Of a stretch of 64,000 nt of DNA, positions 14,091 to 29,623 are shown one piece after another. The notes beneath the pieces were generated by a model. It did not search any database. It was not told the DNA's origin and saw only the letters and a list, made by a program, of their open reading frames with translations. Numbering within the stretch: position 1 is the stretch's first letter; each line of letters begins with the position of its first letter. This stretch comes from Selaginella moellendorffii. Its lineage: Eukaryota; Plantae; Lycopodiophyta. The stretch is taken from positions 377,771 through 441,770 of the forward strand of contig NW_003314314.1 in assembly GCF_000143415.4 (NCBI RefSeq), given 5' to 3'. Made by a program: the position numbers and the translations under genes.

Positions 14091-14228
14091 ATGCAGCTGG
14101 CTGCTTTGTTTTTTAAACTGTAAACGGGGTCTTTTGGTTGCTTTTGTTTGGTGGTGTTTTCAGACTCATCAGTTAGGGAAGCCATCTCACAGAAGGCCCC
14201 GAGAGAGCGCAAGAGAGCAAGAGGCAAC

Positions 14229-14889
14229 ATGGGAGCTCGCAAGGTACGAGTAATGTAGGACTCCCACACATCGATTTAATCTCGTAATCCCCGGATGGAT
14301 GCAAATTCCCCCAAAACACCAGATGGTCGTCAAGGTGAACATCCCCTGCGCAAAATGCCGCGACAAGCTGCTCGGCCAGATCTCCGCTGTGTCAGGTAAC
14401 TAAAGCACCACACTCTTGGATCTGGAGCAATTTCTCCGAGTCTATCCTCTCTCTCTCTCTCTCACCACTTTGCCCCTTTCTTCTCTGTGCGTGCTCCATT
14501 GTCGCGCAGGCGTCAAGAAGGTGGAATCCACCACCGAGTGCTGCCCAGTCTTCACCATCGTCGGCGACTTCAAGGTGGAGGACATCTTAAACGCGGCGGG
14601 GAAGAAGCGGCGGTGCCTCAAGGTGGAGTCCGTGGAGGAGCTCCCACCACCGCCAAAGCCCAAGCCCGAGCCCAAGCCGGAGCCCAAGCCGGAGCCCAAG
14701 CCCGACCCGCCAAAGGCCCCGCCAAAGGAGATTATCATCAGCGAGAAAGGTTGGCCAAAGAAGTTGCCAAACGTTCCTCCCGGTACCAGCCTTGTGATCG
14801 TGGTGGAGAACTTGAGCTTGTGCCCCAAGGATTTCGACCACCATGGCGGCGGTGGCCATGGCTGCGAGTGCTGCGATAGCTGCTGCTAA
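14229..14889 (+). CDS. small HMA-domain protein with Pro/Lys linker and His/Cys tail, copy 1 (155 aa)
   Basis: Exons 14229-14243, 14323-14395, 14510-14889: MGARK|MVVKVNIPCAKCRDKLLGQISAVS|GVKKVE..VGDFKVEDIL..(PKPE)n..HHGGGGHGCECCDSCC*. Confidence 0.85.
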
Positions 14890-15689
14890 GCCACCATAGT
14901 CTCTCTAGTTCTTCCTTTCGTACGCTGGACCGCGCAGTATAGCTATGGAGGCTGGCTCTTCTTCTCGCATCCATTTCGCGAGTACGATATGTCGTGCTTG
15001 TTTTGCTCTTCCGGGTTCTCCTCTCCTTCTCGGAAGTGGTGTCGGGAATAATAATCGCGTGTTAGAAAATGTGGTGGAGAGAATTCATACCAGAGTGACT
15101 TCTTTTCACTCCCTCCCGGTCACGATCTGTGAATCTTATAATTCTTTGGTTCTTTCCTCTTTGTTGGTTTCTCGCCTTTTTCTCTAATGCCCGCCATGGC
15201 CCGTCGCGGGGCGGCACGCCTCGTAGAGATTGTCAGCCAAGCATTTGACGTTTTGATCGCCCACAAAGACAATGTGCCGGATATATAAGTTTCAATATGT
15301 TGGTCGGTGCTGTTTTTTTTCGTCCAAACTCATTAAAGTTGGCCGCAATGTATATGAGTTGTTTTTTGATTTTGTGTGCAATCTCACCATACAGTTGGAC
15401 GAGTCAGATAAATAAAAATCATGAAATCTTCTTTCTCCCTGAAAGATGGCAATGGCATATTCCAAGGCGGAAGCACAGCGACACACGTCTCCTCCACCCG
15501 TCCGAAGATCAAGCTACCGAAAGTATAAGTTCTGGCAGAGCGTATGAAATCTACGTATACTTACGAGACATGACTTTGACGTGACAATCGCCTCATCCAT
15601 CGAGAAAGAAACCGAGTAACAGAAGTTTGTTTCCACTCTGATTCATCTAAACTAAGAACCGATGAACTGAGACTAACCTTAAGTTGCGA

Positions 15690-16052
15690 TCAATCGGGTG
15701 ACAATCCAGACCTTCGCATCCCACTGCGCGAATTGTTCTCGTCGGACCATCTCTCGTCCATCTTCTTCACTCGGCAGTCTTGCTCCCAGTGTCCACTCTT
15801 CCCGCAATAGCTGCAATTCCCGGGCTTCTTCTTCCCCCACAGATTCACGCCTCGCTCATCGCCCGTCCGGCGATAGCCCCGCCAGCTCGAGTTGTCTCTC
15901 ATCACCTGATCAAACTCCCCGAATGCAAACCCCGGGCAACTCCTGTTGGATCGAATCCAGTCCAGAGAGCCCACATTCTTCCCACAATCCGGGAACTTGG
16001 CCAACATGGCAGCCAAAGCACCGAGCTTCCCCCGAGCCACTCCAGCAGCCAT
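15690..16052 (-). CDS. small CCHC zinc-knuckle protein, possibly a gag-derived relic
   Basis: CSYCGKSGHWEQDC matches CX2CX4HX4C. The rest of the ORF is not recognised. Confidence 0.45.
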   Translation of the reverse strand: MAAGVARGKLGALAAMLAKFPDCGKNVGSLDWIRSNRSCPGFAFGEFDQVMRDNSSWRGYRRTGDERGVNLWGKKKPGNCSYCGKSGHWEQDCRVKKMDERWSDENNSRSGMRRSGLSPD

Positions 16053-16347
16053 GGATTCCCTTCATCCAAACACCAAGCAAGGAACTGGGCGATCTAGAAT
16101 CCCGATCTAAAGCTCACCAGTGGCGCTTCCTTCGCCAAAATGTAGCCCTAGAAGTTGCACAATTCTGGAGTTCGAATCTTGTGAGCACTCTCCGACAGTA
16201 TCTGCTTTTTTTTTGTCGGTCAGCGCCAGTCAGACGTCAGTCCACTCAAGTCAGAGACGACTTACAAGAGAGAGAAGCTCTCATTGTATATGAGCTGTGC
16301 ATCTTCTAGGGTCCCAGCCGGAGCGTGGAGTGCTTCTCTCCGCAACG

Positions 16348-16838
16348 ATGTCTCGAAAGGTATGAATTCGCAGTGCCCGGCAACTCAAATTCTGGTTTTT
16401 CCCCCAAAATCAACACCCACAGGCCGTCTTGAAAGTCGATCTTTGTGGAAAATGCAAGGACAATCTCTTGAAAAAGCTGTCCGAAGTCCCAGGTATCATC
16501 TCCCATCGCTCGGATTCTGATCTCTCCTTTGTCCTCTTGAATTTGCAGGAGTCGCGAAGGCCGAGGCTACCGGCGACCACCAATTCACCCTCACGGGTGA
16601 CTTCAAGATCGAGGACATCAACGCCGCCATAGCCAGCAAGAAGCGTTGCGTCTCCATCGAATCCGTGCAAGAGATCCCCAAGCCTGATCCACCAAAGCCG
16701 GATCCACCAAAGCCACCACCCGAGGTCGTGTGCCCAAACACGATTGTCATCCACACCAAGAATCTCGTCTTCTGTTTCCACGGCCGCAACATCGGCTGCC
16801 CCTGGGATCGCTGCTCGGATCGCTGCTGCAGCTGCTAG
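16348..16838 (+). CDS. small HMA-domain protein with Cys-rich tail, copy 2 (123 aa)
   Basis: Exons 16348-16359, 16423-16492, 16549-16838: MSRK|AVLKVDLCGKCKDNLLKKLSEVP|GVAKAE..TGDFKIEDI..PKPDPPKPDPPKPPP..GCPWDRCSDRCCSC*. Not in the ORF track. Confidence 0.85.
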
Positions 16839-17735
16839 ATTCTCCTCCTCCCAGGAATTCCTCCCTGGAATCCTTCCCTCCGGGCTGGAAAGGCCAAGAA
16901 ATCCATCAACAAAGGGAGGAGAAAATCACAAAAAAAGCAGAAAAAATCAAGCACATAACTTGTGGATGTTCGCCTTGGATCGGCGCGCGACAAATTTACG
17001 ATGGAGATGCCACTGGCACACGGTTGGTGTTTTCGAAATCCACAAAAAAAAAAAAGCAAAAAAGGAGTTTGAAGCTTAATCTTGAAACTCAGCTATTTTT
17101 CTTAGAGCTTGATCAACTATTTGGATCAACTTTCACAAGATTTCTTCCTGGGATCGACACAATATGTATTGTTGCCAGCGATCTCAAGGTTATAATAAGA
17201 CTTGGGCGATTCGATCCATCGCATGTCACCGTTTATTTCTTCATGTTTTCTACGTCCCACTTGGGCTAATTCTCAAAGCTTAGCTCTCTACCAAACAAAA
17301 GCAGCGCACATGTGACAATGGGATCCACCAAAGAAGTTGTAGCTTTCATTTTTAGCTGGCTGCCACCGAAGAGTATGTTTTCCTTTAATCTCTCTTTTTA
17401 TTATAATTTTTCAGAAAAAGGTGATAAAAGTACATGACATCATCTAACTTTTTCTTAATATGAGTTTGAATGGAAAAAGTTGTGCTCTCACTTTGGGGGA
17501 ATGAAACTGAGAAAGGCTTTCCAGACAATGACCTATACAGTCATGTTTAAAATGAGCTCTAGAGGTTGGGAAGTCAATGTTACTCCTGGTTTTTTCTCAT
17601 TGGTTCCTTCTCATGGTTTTGCTATAAAATTTTTGCTGTTTGGTCCTTGTTTCTCATGGTTTGATAAATATCTTGCACCTTTCATTTGCTACTCAGAAGA
17701 AAGCTCGAGTTTAACACAAGTTCTCTTGCGCAACA

Positions 17736-18113
17736 ATGAATTGGAAAGTATGGCTGTGAATTCTATAGTCTCTCTGGGATGATACTCAATCAGAATCTAT
17801 GTTGGTTTTTCTAGGCCATCGTCAAGATTCACGACTTCTGCTGGAGGGACAGCGTCGCGGGACAAATCTACGACAATCTCCCTGGTAATTTCTCCGGTAC
17901 ACACACCCAAACTACGTGCAAAATCTTTGATCCCTCGAAATCGCAGGCGTGATGAGGATGGAACTAAGTGGCTCCCAAGTGACTTACACGGGAGGCTTCA
18001 AGAAAGAGGATTTTCTAAAACAACTGGACGAGCACAAGAAATGCGCGAGTGTGGTGTCTTTGGCACCGATTGTCCAGCCGCCACCACCGCCACCGCCATG
18101 TAAATGCTGCTAG
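17736..18113 (+). CDS. small HMA-like protein, copy 3 (82 aa, CxxC degenerate)
   Basis: Exons 17736-17747, 17815-17884, 17947-18113: MNWK|AIVKIHDFCWRDSVAGQIYDNLP|GVMRMELSGSQVTYTGGFKKEDFLKQLDEHKKCASVVSLAPIVQPPPPPPPCKCC*. Same intron positions and phases as copies 1 and 2. Confidence 0.75.
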
Positions 18114-18388
18114 AAAGATAGATCGATCCAGCAAGAGATCACTCCACCCTAGAAGCTTATCGCCCATCAGTGGCGCTGTTAGTTCTATAGATCCACGGGA
18201 GTGATTTAGCGACTGTGTAAATAACCAAAGATTTCCAAACTACGTGCTTCGTGCTTCAAGACAGACTCGCCTTCAATCCTGGCCATTGGCCAACTTTGTT
18301 ACGTTCTAATCGATACTTATCATGGCTAATTGGTGATAAGCAAATAATATACCACCACCAGGGAGTCAAGGCTTTGTTCTTGGTGGCT

Positions 18389-20436
18389 ATGGCGGATGAT
18401 AGCCAGGGCAGTGGCTACCGGGAATGCGATGGGATCTACGCCAGTCTCGCGTCGCCGGTGGCAATGCCGCTCCATCCCCATCTGGATTTCGTCTCCTACA
18501 TGTTCTCGCAGCGATTTGGGAGGCCCGAGAGCGCCAGCAATGTCGCGATCGTGGATGGGAAATCCGGTCAGTCGCTCACTTGCTCGCAGCTGCGCCGATC
18601 GATCGAGGCGGTGGCGACAGGGCTGCACGAATCCGGCATCCGCCAGGGCGACGTTGTCATGATCTTGCTGCCCAACAGCCTCGAGTTCCCGGTCATGTTT
18701 AACGCGGCGCTGCGCATTGGCGCGGTCGTGACGACGATGAATCCCCAGAACACGCCCGCCGAGATCGCGCGCCAGATGCTGGATTCGCGTCCCAAGATGG
18801 TGCTCACGAATCGCGCCGGGGTCGATAAGGTGAGAGCCGCTTCCCCGGATCTCCCAATCGTGCTCGTGGACGAGGAAGAACGCGAAGAACACGGAAGAAC
18901 TCTAAACAGTGATGAGAAAAAGCCCCAATTCATCCCATTCTCTCGATTCCTCGCCTCGGATCCCGACCAGCGACCACGCAATCGATGCCTCATCCGCCAG
19001 AGCGATCCGGCAGCGCTGCTCTACTCGTCGGGCACCACCGGATTGAGCAAGGGCGTGGTGATCTCCCATGGAAACCTTATCGCCGCCATGGCCGTCCAGA
19101 ACCAAGTGCCCGAGGAGATGGATCGCGGCGACACGAATGTGGTGCTCTTCCCGATGTATCACATCGGCGGATTGATGTGGCTCTGCTGTGGAGCGATCAT
19201 GGGCGGCCCGACGTTCGTGCTGCTGCAGCGCTATGGATTGGCGGATCTGCTGCGCGCGGTGGAGCGGCACGGCGCCAACAAGATCACGTCCGCGCCGCCC
19301 GTCGCGCTGGATTTGCTCCACAGCGCCGAGACCGCACGCTACGATCTGCGATCGCTGAGAGCGCTCATCTGCGCCGCCGCGCCGCTGAGCAAGGAGACGA
19401 TCCAGGGCCTGATGATCAAGTTCCCCCACTTGGAGATGTTCATCCAGGTTTGAAGAATTCGTTGACTAACCGACAGTCCGTTGACTTGCGGTCATTGACC
19501 AACAGTTATGCTTGACTAACAGTCCTTTGACTAAATTGACTTTCTTCGGTTTTTTGTAGATGTATGGAATGACCGAGACTGTGACCGTGGGAAGCGGTGG
19601 AAGGGGCGTTATGGGATCTTCCGGGAGGCTAAATGCCACGCTGGAGGCTATGGTTGTGGACCTGGAGACCCGGAAATCACTGCCTCCTAATCAAAGAGGA
19701 GAGCTTTGGCTTCGAGGGCCACCAATCATGCAAGGTAAGTATAATTCTTATGGTCTTATGGTTTCATCTATGATTTCTCTATGGTTTGCATAGTCTTTGA
19801 TTTTACAAATTTATTGAACTTGCAGGCTATTTGAACAATCCAGTGGCCACCGCAGAGGCGATCGACAGTGAGGGCTGGCTACACACGGGAGATCTCGTGT
19901 ATTTTGATTCCAAGGGGTATTTATACATCGTAGACCGTCTCAAGGAGTTGATTAAGTACAAGGGATACCAGGTATTTACTTGTAAAGACATATCTCATAG
20001 CGAGAGAATTAACCTTGCTTTGCTTTCAAGGTTGCACCAGCAGAGCTAGAAGCACTACTGCTCACACATCCGGCCATAGTGGACTGTGCGGTAGTACCGT
20101 AAGTTTTACCAGCTTTCTTGTACATTGTTTTTACCCATTTTCTACAACTTTTTTACCTCGTAGGTTTCCAGATGAAGTGGCTGGAGAGATTCCACAAGCG
20201 TTTATCGTTAGGGCTCGAGACAATAGCATTTCTAGCGAAGAAGTCATGCGTTACGTAGCAGACCAAGTAAGAGATCTCTTTGATTTTAACTCGAAAACAA
20301 TCTTACAATTGTCTCTATGATCAAGGTGGCTCCGTACAAGAGAATCAGAAGAGTATCTTTCCTGGATAAGATTCCCAAGTCCGCCGCTGGTAAAATTCTT
20401 CGCAACGAGCTCAAGAAGGCGGCAAGCAAACTATAA
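18389..20436 (+). CDS. 4-coumarate:CoA ligase-like acyl-activating enzyme, peroxisomal (C-terminal SKL)
   Basis: [46 protein letters not shown]|[21 protein letters not shown]. Ends ...ASKL*. Confidence 0.93.
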
Positions 20437-20840
20437 CACACACACATATACGTTTTTTTTAACGGTGTCCGATTGTGCCAAGTCTCACAATCGGACGGCG
20501 TACAAGCTCTAACAAAACGCGTGGATTTCTTCGTTTACCCATTAGGGTTCTAGCGAAGGGATTTTGATGCTCCGGACGGATCTAGATGCCCTACATTGAG
20601 GGAATCGGTGACGAGGTAGTCCTAGCGGCAGTGTTTGCCGCGCCGGCTGTGATCGTCTACTGCTCTTCAGCTGGGTAAGACGGCCAGTAATTCTCGCGGG
20701 ATATCTAGTTTTCTGGATCGATCGTCGATTGCAGTGTGTTTGCTCGACTGAGAAAGGGATTGCAGTCCCTAGGGGTGTGGATCGTCCAAATTTTCCAGAT
20801 TTCGACAGCACCGCCGCCGCTAGATCATCCGCCTATTACC

Positions 20841-21641
20841 ATGGAGGCTCCGGACGAGAACGATTGCTGCTCGGTTTGCCACGATACTTTCATGCTCCCT
20901 TGCCAAGCGAACTGTGCTCATTGGTTTTGTGGTAAGCTATACATTTTTTTTGTGTGTGTGTGTTCTTTTGAGTCTCAGGAACTTTGATGGATTTCTTTTT
21001 TCTTTTTCTTTCTTCCAGGGGAATGCATTCTCAGAGTCTGGCAACACAGTGCTGCTTTACAGCCTTGCAAATGCCCGATTTGTCGCAGGACGATCAATCT
21101 TTTGATCCCGGGACGTGAGTATCAAGAGCGAAACCGAGATGCCGAGTCCGAGCGTTTGCTAAGAGAAATCTCAAAGTATAACCGGCTGTTTGGAGGAGCA
21201 CCTTCCAGCGTGATTCAGGTAGAAGAACACGGTTTCTTACATTCATTGACGAGTTGGTTTACAGCGTTTAAGAGACATGCCTTTGCTTTTGAGGCGTTTC
21301 TTTCGAGATCTTTTGGACCCTCAGCGAGCGCTTCTTATTTTACACAGAACACGCTTCATCCTAGTGGTAAACACACAGTCAAGAAAAAGACTTTGTAGCC
21401 TAATGTGCTCTTCTCAGGTTTTCTTATCAATGTGCTACGTGCTTTCGCCCATCGATCTTCTTCCAGAAGGTAATGTAACGGATCTCTTGGAAAGCTTGTT
21501 ATTGAAATCTCTACCTGTGACGCAGCCGTTTTGGGATTAATCGGCCTCGTCGACGATGCTCTGGTTGTGTTCTTCGCTCTCTTCCAAGTTTCCATGATCT
21601 ACAGGCGTTTTCTCGTTCGGCAACATGGGAATTACAGCTAA
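20841..21641 (+). CDS. RNF170-like RING E3 ligase (RING-HC plus DUF1232-type membrane region)
   Basis: CSVCHDTFMLPCQANCAHWFCG|ECILRVW..CKCPICRR and C-terminal YVLSPIDLLPE|AVLGLIGLVDD. Confidence 0.88.
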
Positions 21642-22689
21642 GTTTAGGCCTTTGCTTGCTCTTGCCAAATTTGTGTAGGTGTTGCAAATTAATTGCAAGA
21701 AACAGCGTTTGAAAGAGAAGCTTCTCATCTTTTCTTCAAGCGAGTCTCGATTGTTATGGAATTTTAAGTTATTTTTGGATAATTTTGTTTTACCCTTATA
21801 AAATAACAGCGACTACAACTCTTAAGGTTTTAAGACTTCAAGTATATTGTAAAAGATTCTTTACTTTAATCTTTTTCTCTAATTAAAAATTTAACATTAA
21901 TCATTTTAGTTATCATTAATATAAATCATAGTTACCATCCAAAGATTGTTTCATGGTTTATCAAGAGTTCATCCTTGCCATGGAGCTGAAAAACATATGC
22001 TTTAAGTGTGTGAGCAAGCTTTCTCTCACTCTTCCTTTAACAAGTGTGATGGGAAGACTAATAATTATACCTAGACTTTGGCATTCTCTGATGTTTACAA
22101 TCTAACTCTTCACACAGGCAAAGAGTAATCTTAATAAAAATCACACAATATTTTTCACTAGCAAAGCCTATTCTAAAGCTTTTACCACAAAAAGCTCTCG
22201 CATCCATGAGTAGCTTTGCCACAATATATGTGAAAGATTGCCATGTAAAATTATCATGCTTTATCTATTGTGTTTTTGTTTGTCAAAAGCTTCCTTTGTA
22301 TCAAGAGTGGTTAACACCTTTTATACAAGCTAATATAGTGAGCTGGGATAGAATATTTTAAATACCGCTTTAAAGAATTATATTATAGAATATTCTTTTA
22401 TATTAAAGTTTTTTAAAATTGTAAATTTTTAATTTTTATTTATTTAAAATAAAACTATAACTCTCCCTTTAACCTAATGGCAATTGCTTGATGAATCCCT
22501 TGAATCCACAATAACAATATATCCAAATGATCACATGCATTACAAAATCCTAAAGGACAAGATCACTTTTCTTAAAAAGGGTAAAGAACCAAGAAATAAT
22601 AATAAAATATTTGATCAATCCCAAGATAATTGTTGTCACGCTCCGGTCTTGCACGCGATCTAATTCATATCTATTGACGGCTTTGTACA

Positions 22690-23644
22690 GGAGAGTCGGG
22701 GACGAGGATGAACTGAGAAGATCGCGACCCCGGCAAGAACAAAAAGGAGAAATGCCTTCAAGACTGGAACTAAAATCTGGTGCGCTCCCGGAGAGGTCCC
22801 ATACGCGGCGCCTTGAAAACTGGAAATCCTGCTGGTATCGGCGCCCTCTTTGCTCTCCAGAGGAGCTCCAAAGTGCTTACCAACGTCCTGTTCCGGTGGC
22901 TGGAGAGAATAAATCGTCGTGGACGTGTATGTCAAGGTTGTCGTTGTTCAAATAGTTCGACACGCCTAAAGGAAACGCTCGTATTTCCTAGAACAGTTTA
23001 AACAAATACGGAAGATCAATTAAGAAACATCACCGAGTAAACAACTCGAGAAACCACGAGAACAACCACACACACACAAGCTTTCGACAGCTTTGTACCA
23101 TACCAATCCAGAAAGAAAGAAGAAAACCTCCATACAGTCACCATCCACGAAAACGTTCAAAGAATCCTCACAAGTGACAAACTATAAAACTTTCACAAAG
23201 AAACAAAGAACCATAGAACAAAAGCAAGAACCGCGATATCTGGTTGGAGAGCTCGACCTTCCAAGCCTTGGCAGGGGATGGAGTAGCCTTCGCAGGCTCG
23301 TGTTTGAGGTCGATGGTGTCTTCGTTCCTACTCAACAAAGGAGAGCATGGAGTGTTTGTGACGACGGAAGGCCGACTCTTGCCTTACACAAGCCCCGCAA
23401 CGAACGAAGTCAAGAAATCTAAATACGTACCACATAGCAATCGAAAGACTATGGACTTTGTGCTTGCCTTGATCCACCAGCATGAGCTCAAACAGCGCTG
23501 GAACGTTAGTGCCGTCGCTGGCGAGCGCCATAGAGAGAATCGTCGTCCATCGCAACAAGCCAGCGAATATCCATTGATCGTGAAATGATACGCACTGCGC
23601 GATCTAGCTTCCTGCTGTAATGCAACTGCTGGAGGCCGTGCCAT
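22690..23644 (-). pseudogene. degenerate BTB/POZ-MATH (BPM-like) gene
   Basis: Fragments in different frames: YHFTINGYS, ALASDGTNVPALFELMLVDQGKHKVHS, SNYLNNDNL, YSLQPPEQDVGKHFGAPLESKEGAD, FPVFKA..GPLRER. Deletions and frameshifts lie between them. Confidence 0.7.
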
Positions 23645-23930
23645 AGAAATCCAAGCTCATCCTTCCTCCAGCCTCACCGACATTGAGAAGTTGCGACATT
23701 GAGAAGTGAAAGAAACCCGCGAAATTCCTGGAAATATCTTCAGCCGCGAGAGAATCGAGCGCCAACGCCGCACGGCTCAGCGCATGATGATCCACCGTCG
23801 ATTCTATGGACGGTCCGGATCCAAGAGCCCTGTGAGGTACGAAACTTTTAGGGCGGCCAGACCCTTTAGCTTAGGAGAAATTAATTTTAGGGTTTATAGG
23901 CCCCGGATCGGCGCGGATCGTCAATCGGCC

Positions 23931-26773
<2,843 letters not shown>

Positions 26774-28488
26774 TGCGATTCATTTGCTGAAATAAAAGTT
26801 CTTATTTTACCTCCGACCACCATGGTTCCCTTTTTCAATCTCCATATACAAAAGACTAGAGATCCATTGCATTGTACAGTTGGGATCCAAGACCCCAAAA
26901 ATATGTATTATTATTCATTCATTAGTCTTATAAAGTTTTGCAGCACTCACTCTAATTAGATTGCCTGAGTACTCAACTTTCAGAAGATTAACTGGCTATG
27001 CCATAACATGAGATATTAGTATTTTTTATTTCAAAAACTAATTCCCTGAGTGAGGGCTCAATTGCCTCCTGATTCATATTTCTTAATACAAATGCAACAC
27101 TCTACCATAGTTGATTTGAAGTCCATATTATATTGTTCTTTTCATCTGTTACAATTGCTTGTTAAACTTATGCTAGAGGACATTTACATCCAGCACAAGC
27201 TGCAAGCATTTAGCTTGGAAACAAGTGGTGGCTTTTGTGAAGGCCTAAAGATGTTCGTACTAAGACAAATTGGTATGCAATGACTCCATATCCCTCATGT
27301 ATGAGCATGGTTAATGCTACAAAATATGCTATCTACAACACATTCATCAACTTAGTTGGTTGATGTCAAAGGGATTGGAAAAGGGAAGAACAAAACAATA
27401 CAAAAACATAGGAGGAAATAGTGGGGAAATAAAAGTAACGGAAGCAAAGGTAGAAGTAAAGGGATGAAGAGGTACAGAAGTGAGAGGAATGGATGAAACA
27501 TAAGGAAGTATGAGATAAAAGGGAGAAGCCTCAAAGTCACATTTGGCATGATTGTGCTGCAACTAATCTATACCAAGAATGAGGTCAAAAGCTTGACTCG
27601 GTACCACCCGCAATGATTGCAACTCAAACTCGAGATCACCCACATGCACAAACCAGGTCTGCCTCATCCCGTGCACATACATATGTATGGCTCTTGCCAT
27701 AAAAAATGAAAACTGGTTCCGCTGCACGACGCAAGTGTAGACGGCAACGTGTGGCAACAGGTCGAGCAATAGAAGATAAACTCGAACCTGTATCAACCAA
27801 CATGAAGAGAATAATAAAAGACCTTTTGTTATAAAAATGAGTTTGGAAAGTAAACACTAGATGAACTGGTGCCAAGTGAACCCCTTGATGATACTCCCGA
27901 AAGAAAGATGGAGGGGTCATTGACTTATTTGCGCAAGGTTCCTCTATTATTCGCGCGACTCCTTGTTTCCCAAATGTATCTCGGTGTCTAGACCTTCCAC
28001 TGCAGCAGCACCAATAGGACATTGTTGATGCCAAGGTCTCCACCTAAGAAATGGAGGTTGCTAACAACGCTGACAATGCCGATAAGTATGACCAACTTCA
28101 TCACACACCTAGCAGCAAACATCACGGCCACGACCACGTCCTCATCCTTGTCCTTGGACTCGAACATCAGCAGCATCAACTTCCATTGGAATAGGACCAT
28201 CGCCCATAAGAAGTGGAGCTGAAGGATATGCAACGAGAAGTGGAAGAGGCAACATCTCATAACGTTGTGCCAAACGAAGAGCATCGTCAAGGGTGGTGGG
28301 AGCAAGTGCATGCACAAGTCTAACAAAATCTTGACGAAGTGCTAGCCACAACATTCCAAGCTTGATCCGCTCTGACATATTTGGCTCCGCACAAAGCAAA
28401 AGACTTCGGAAATGAATGCCAAATTTTATCACCAACTTAGATGTCCTTTGGCGAAAACAATGCAATTGTTAAAAAGGCATCATCATAG

Positions 28489-29623
28489 TGTAAGGAACCA
28501 ACTCGCCGAGGTGTCGTAGGCTAAAGGAACCCCGAAAACATGACCAAAATGACAAAGAGTTCATCGGATGGGACCAAGTCGAAGATCGAGTCCAAGACCG
28601 ACTCTAGGACCGAGTTCGAGATAGAGTCCGGAATCGAGTTCGAGACTGACTCGGGGACCGAGTTCGAGTCCGAGTTTGAGACCGAGTTCGAGACGGAGTC
28701 CGAGATCCGAAATCGGGTCTGAGACCGAGTTCGAGGTCGAGTCCGAGGTCGGGTCCGAGATCGGGTCCGAGATAGAGTCCGAGATCGAGTCCGAGACCAA
28801 ATCCGAAGTCGGATCCGAAATCGGGTCCGAGATCAAGCCAGAGACTAAGTCCAAATACTAATACGGGTCAAGGGGTGAAAGCCCAAAGCGTGCGTCTCCC
28901 AGGGGGGGGGGGGGGGGGCTGCAGGGGGTTCCAAAAGTATAGTAGGGATAGTGAGGTCCAAGAACCAGTTTTGAAGGGACTCTCCAGTGGGGCTTCCAAA
29001 CCGACTTGAGGTTGAGATTGGGACCGAGAGGCCTTGGGTGGGAGTGAGCATGGACTTGGTTGGTGCCGGAGGGGCCATCCAAGGAAGTGCTCAAGAGCAG
29101 CTCCCACTCCCGAAAGGGAAACCGATTGCGGTGCTCCCGGCTCATGTGGAGTGGTGCCCCACTTGAGTACCATGCGGCTCATTGGTCCTCGCCCTTCCTA
29201 GGGGCTTGGGGGGGGGGGTAGAGGTACCCATACCGGGCCGCTAGGCCACGGTGTTTCGCCCCGGCGTCCCGAAGTAAGTGTTGCACTCAAGACTTGGGAT
29301 TTAGAGGGTCCCATGATCAAGTCTTGTGGTACCAAGGGATGTTAGGAACCTGGAAGCTTGGTGTGCTTGGCTGCTTGTGCTTGCGGGGAGTGTAGCCGAA
29401 CCTTAAGTCCAGTCTAACCCGGGGAGGGGGATTGGGAGTGATTTGGGAATCCGTGGATGGATGGCTAACACTCCATTGCTCGTGCAGTGAGTAGCTGAGA
29501 CCAAGTAGGAGCTGGTACCATAGGCGAGAACCTTGGCAAGGGAACTTAGCAAAAGCCAAGGCAGTGTTGGACGGGTAGACAAGGTAAGCTGGCAAATTAT
29601 AAAGGAAAAATTTGTGGCTTACA
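28489..29623 (+). repeat. 5' LTR, with an internal tandem array of CCGAGATCGAGT-like units (about 28570-28850)
   Basis: Near-identical to 34855-36001 apart from substitutions and indels in the tandem array and poly-G tracts. Confidence 0.95.

Noticed and set aside
18326-19515. Long antisense and alternative-frame ORFs over GC-rich exons (also at 9.2-10.0, 23.9-24.5 and 41.9-42.4 kb)
   Set aside because: Expected shadow ORFs of GC3-rich coding sequence.
28540-28861. Glu/Ser-rich and Asp/Ser-rich ORFs and the CCGAG array, superficially CRISPR-like or protein-coding
   Set aside because: These are translations of a degenerate 6/12-bp tandem repeat inside the LTR, with no unique spacers.
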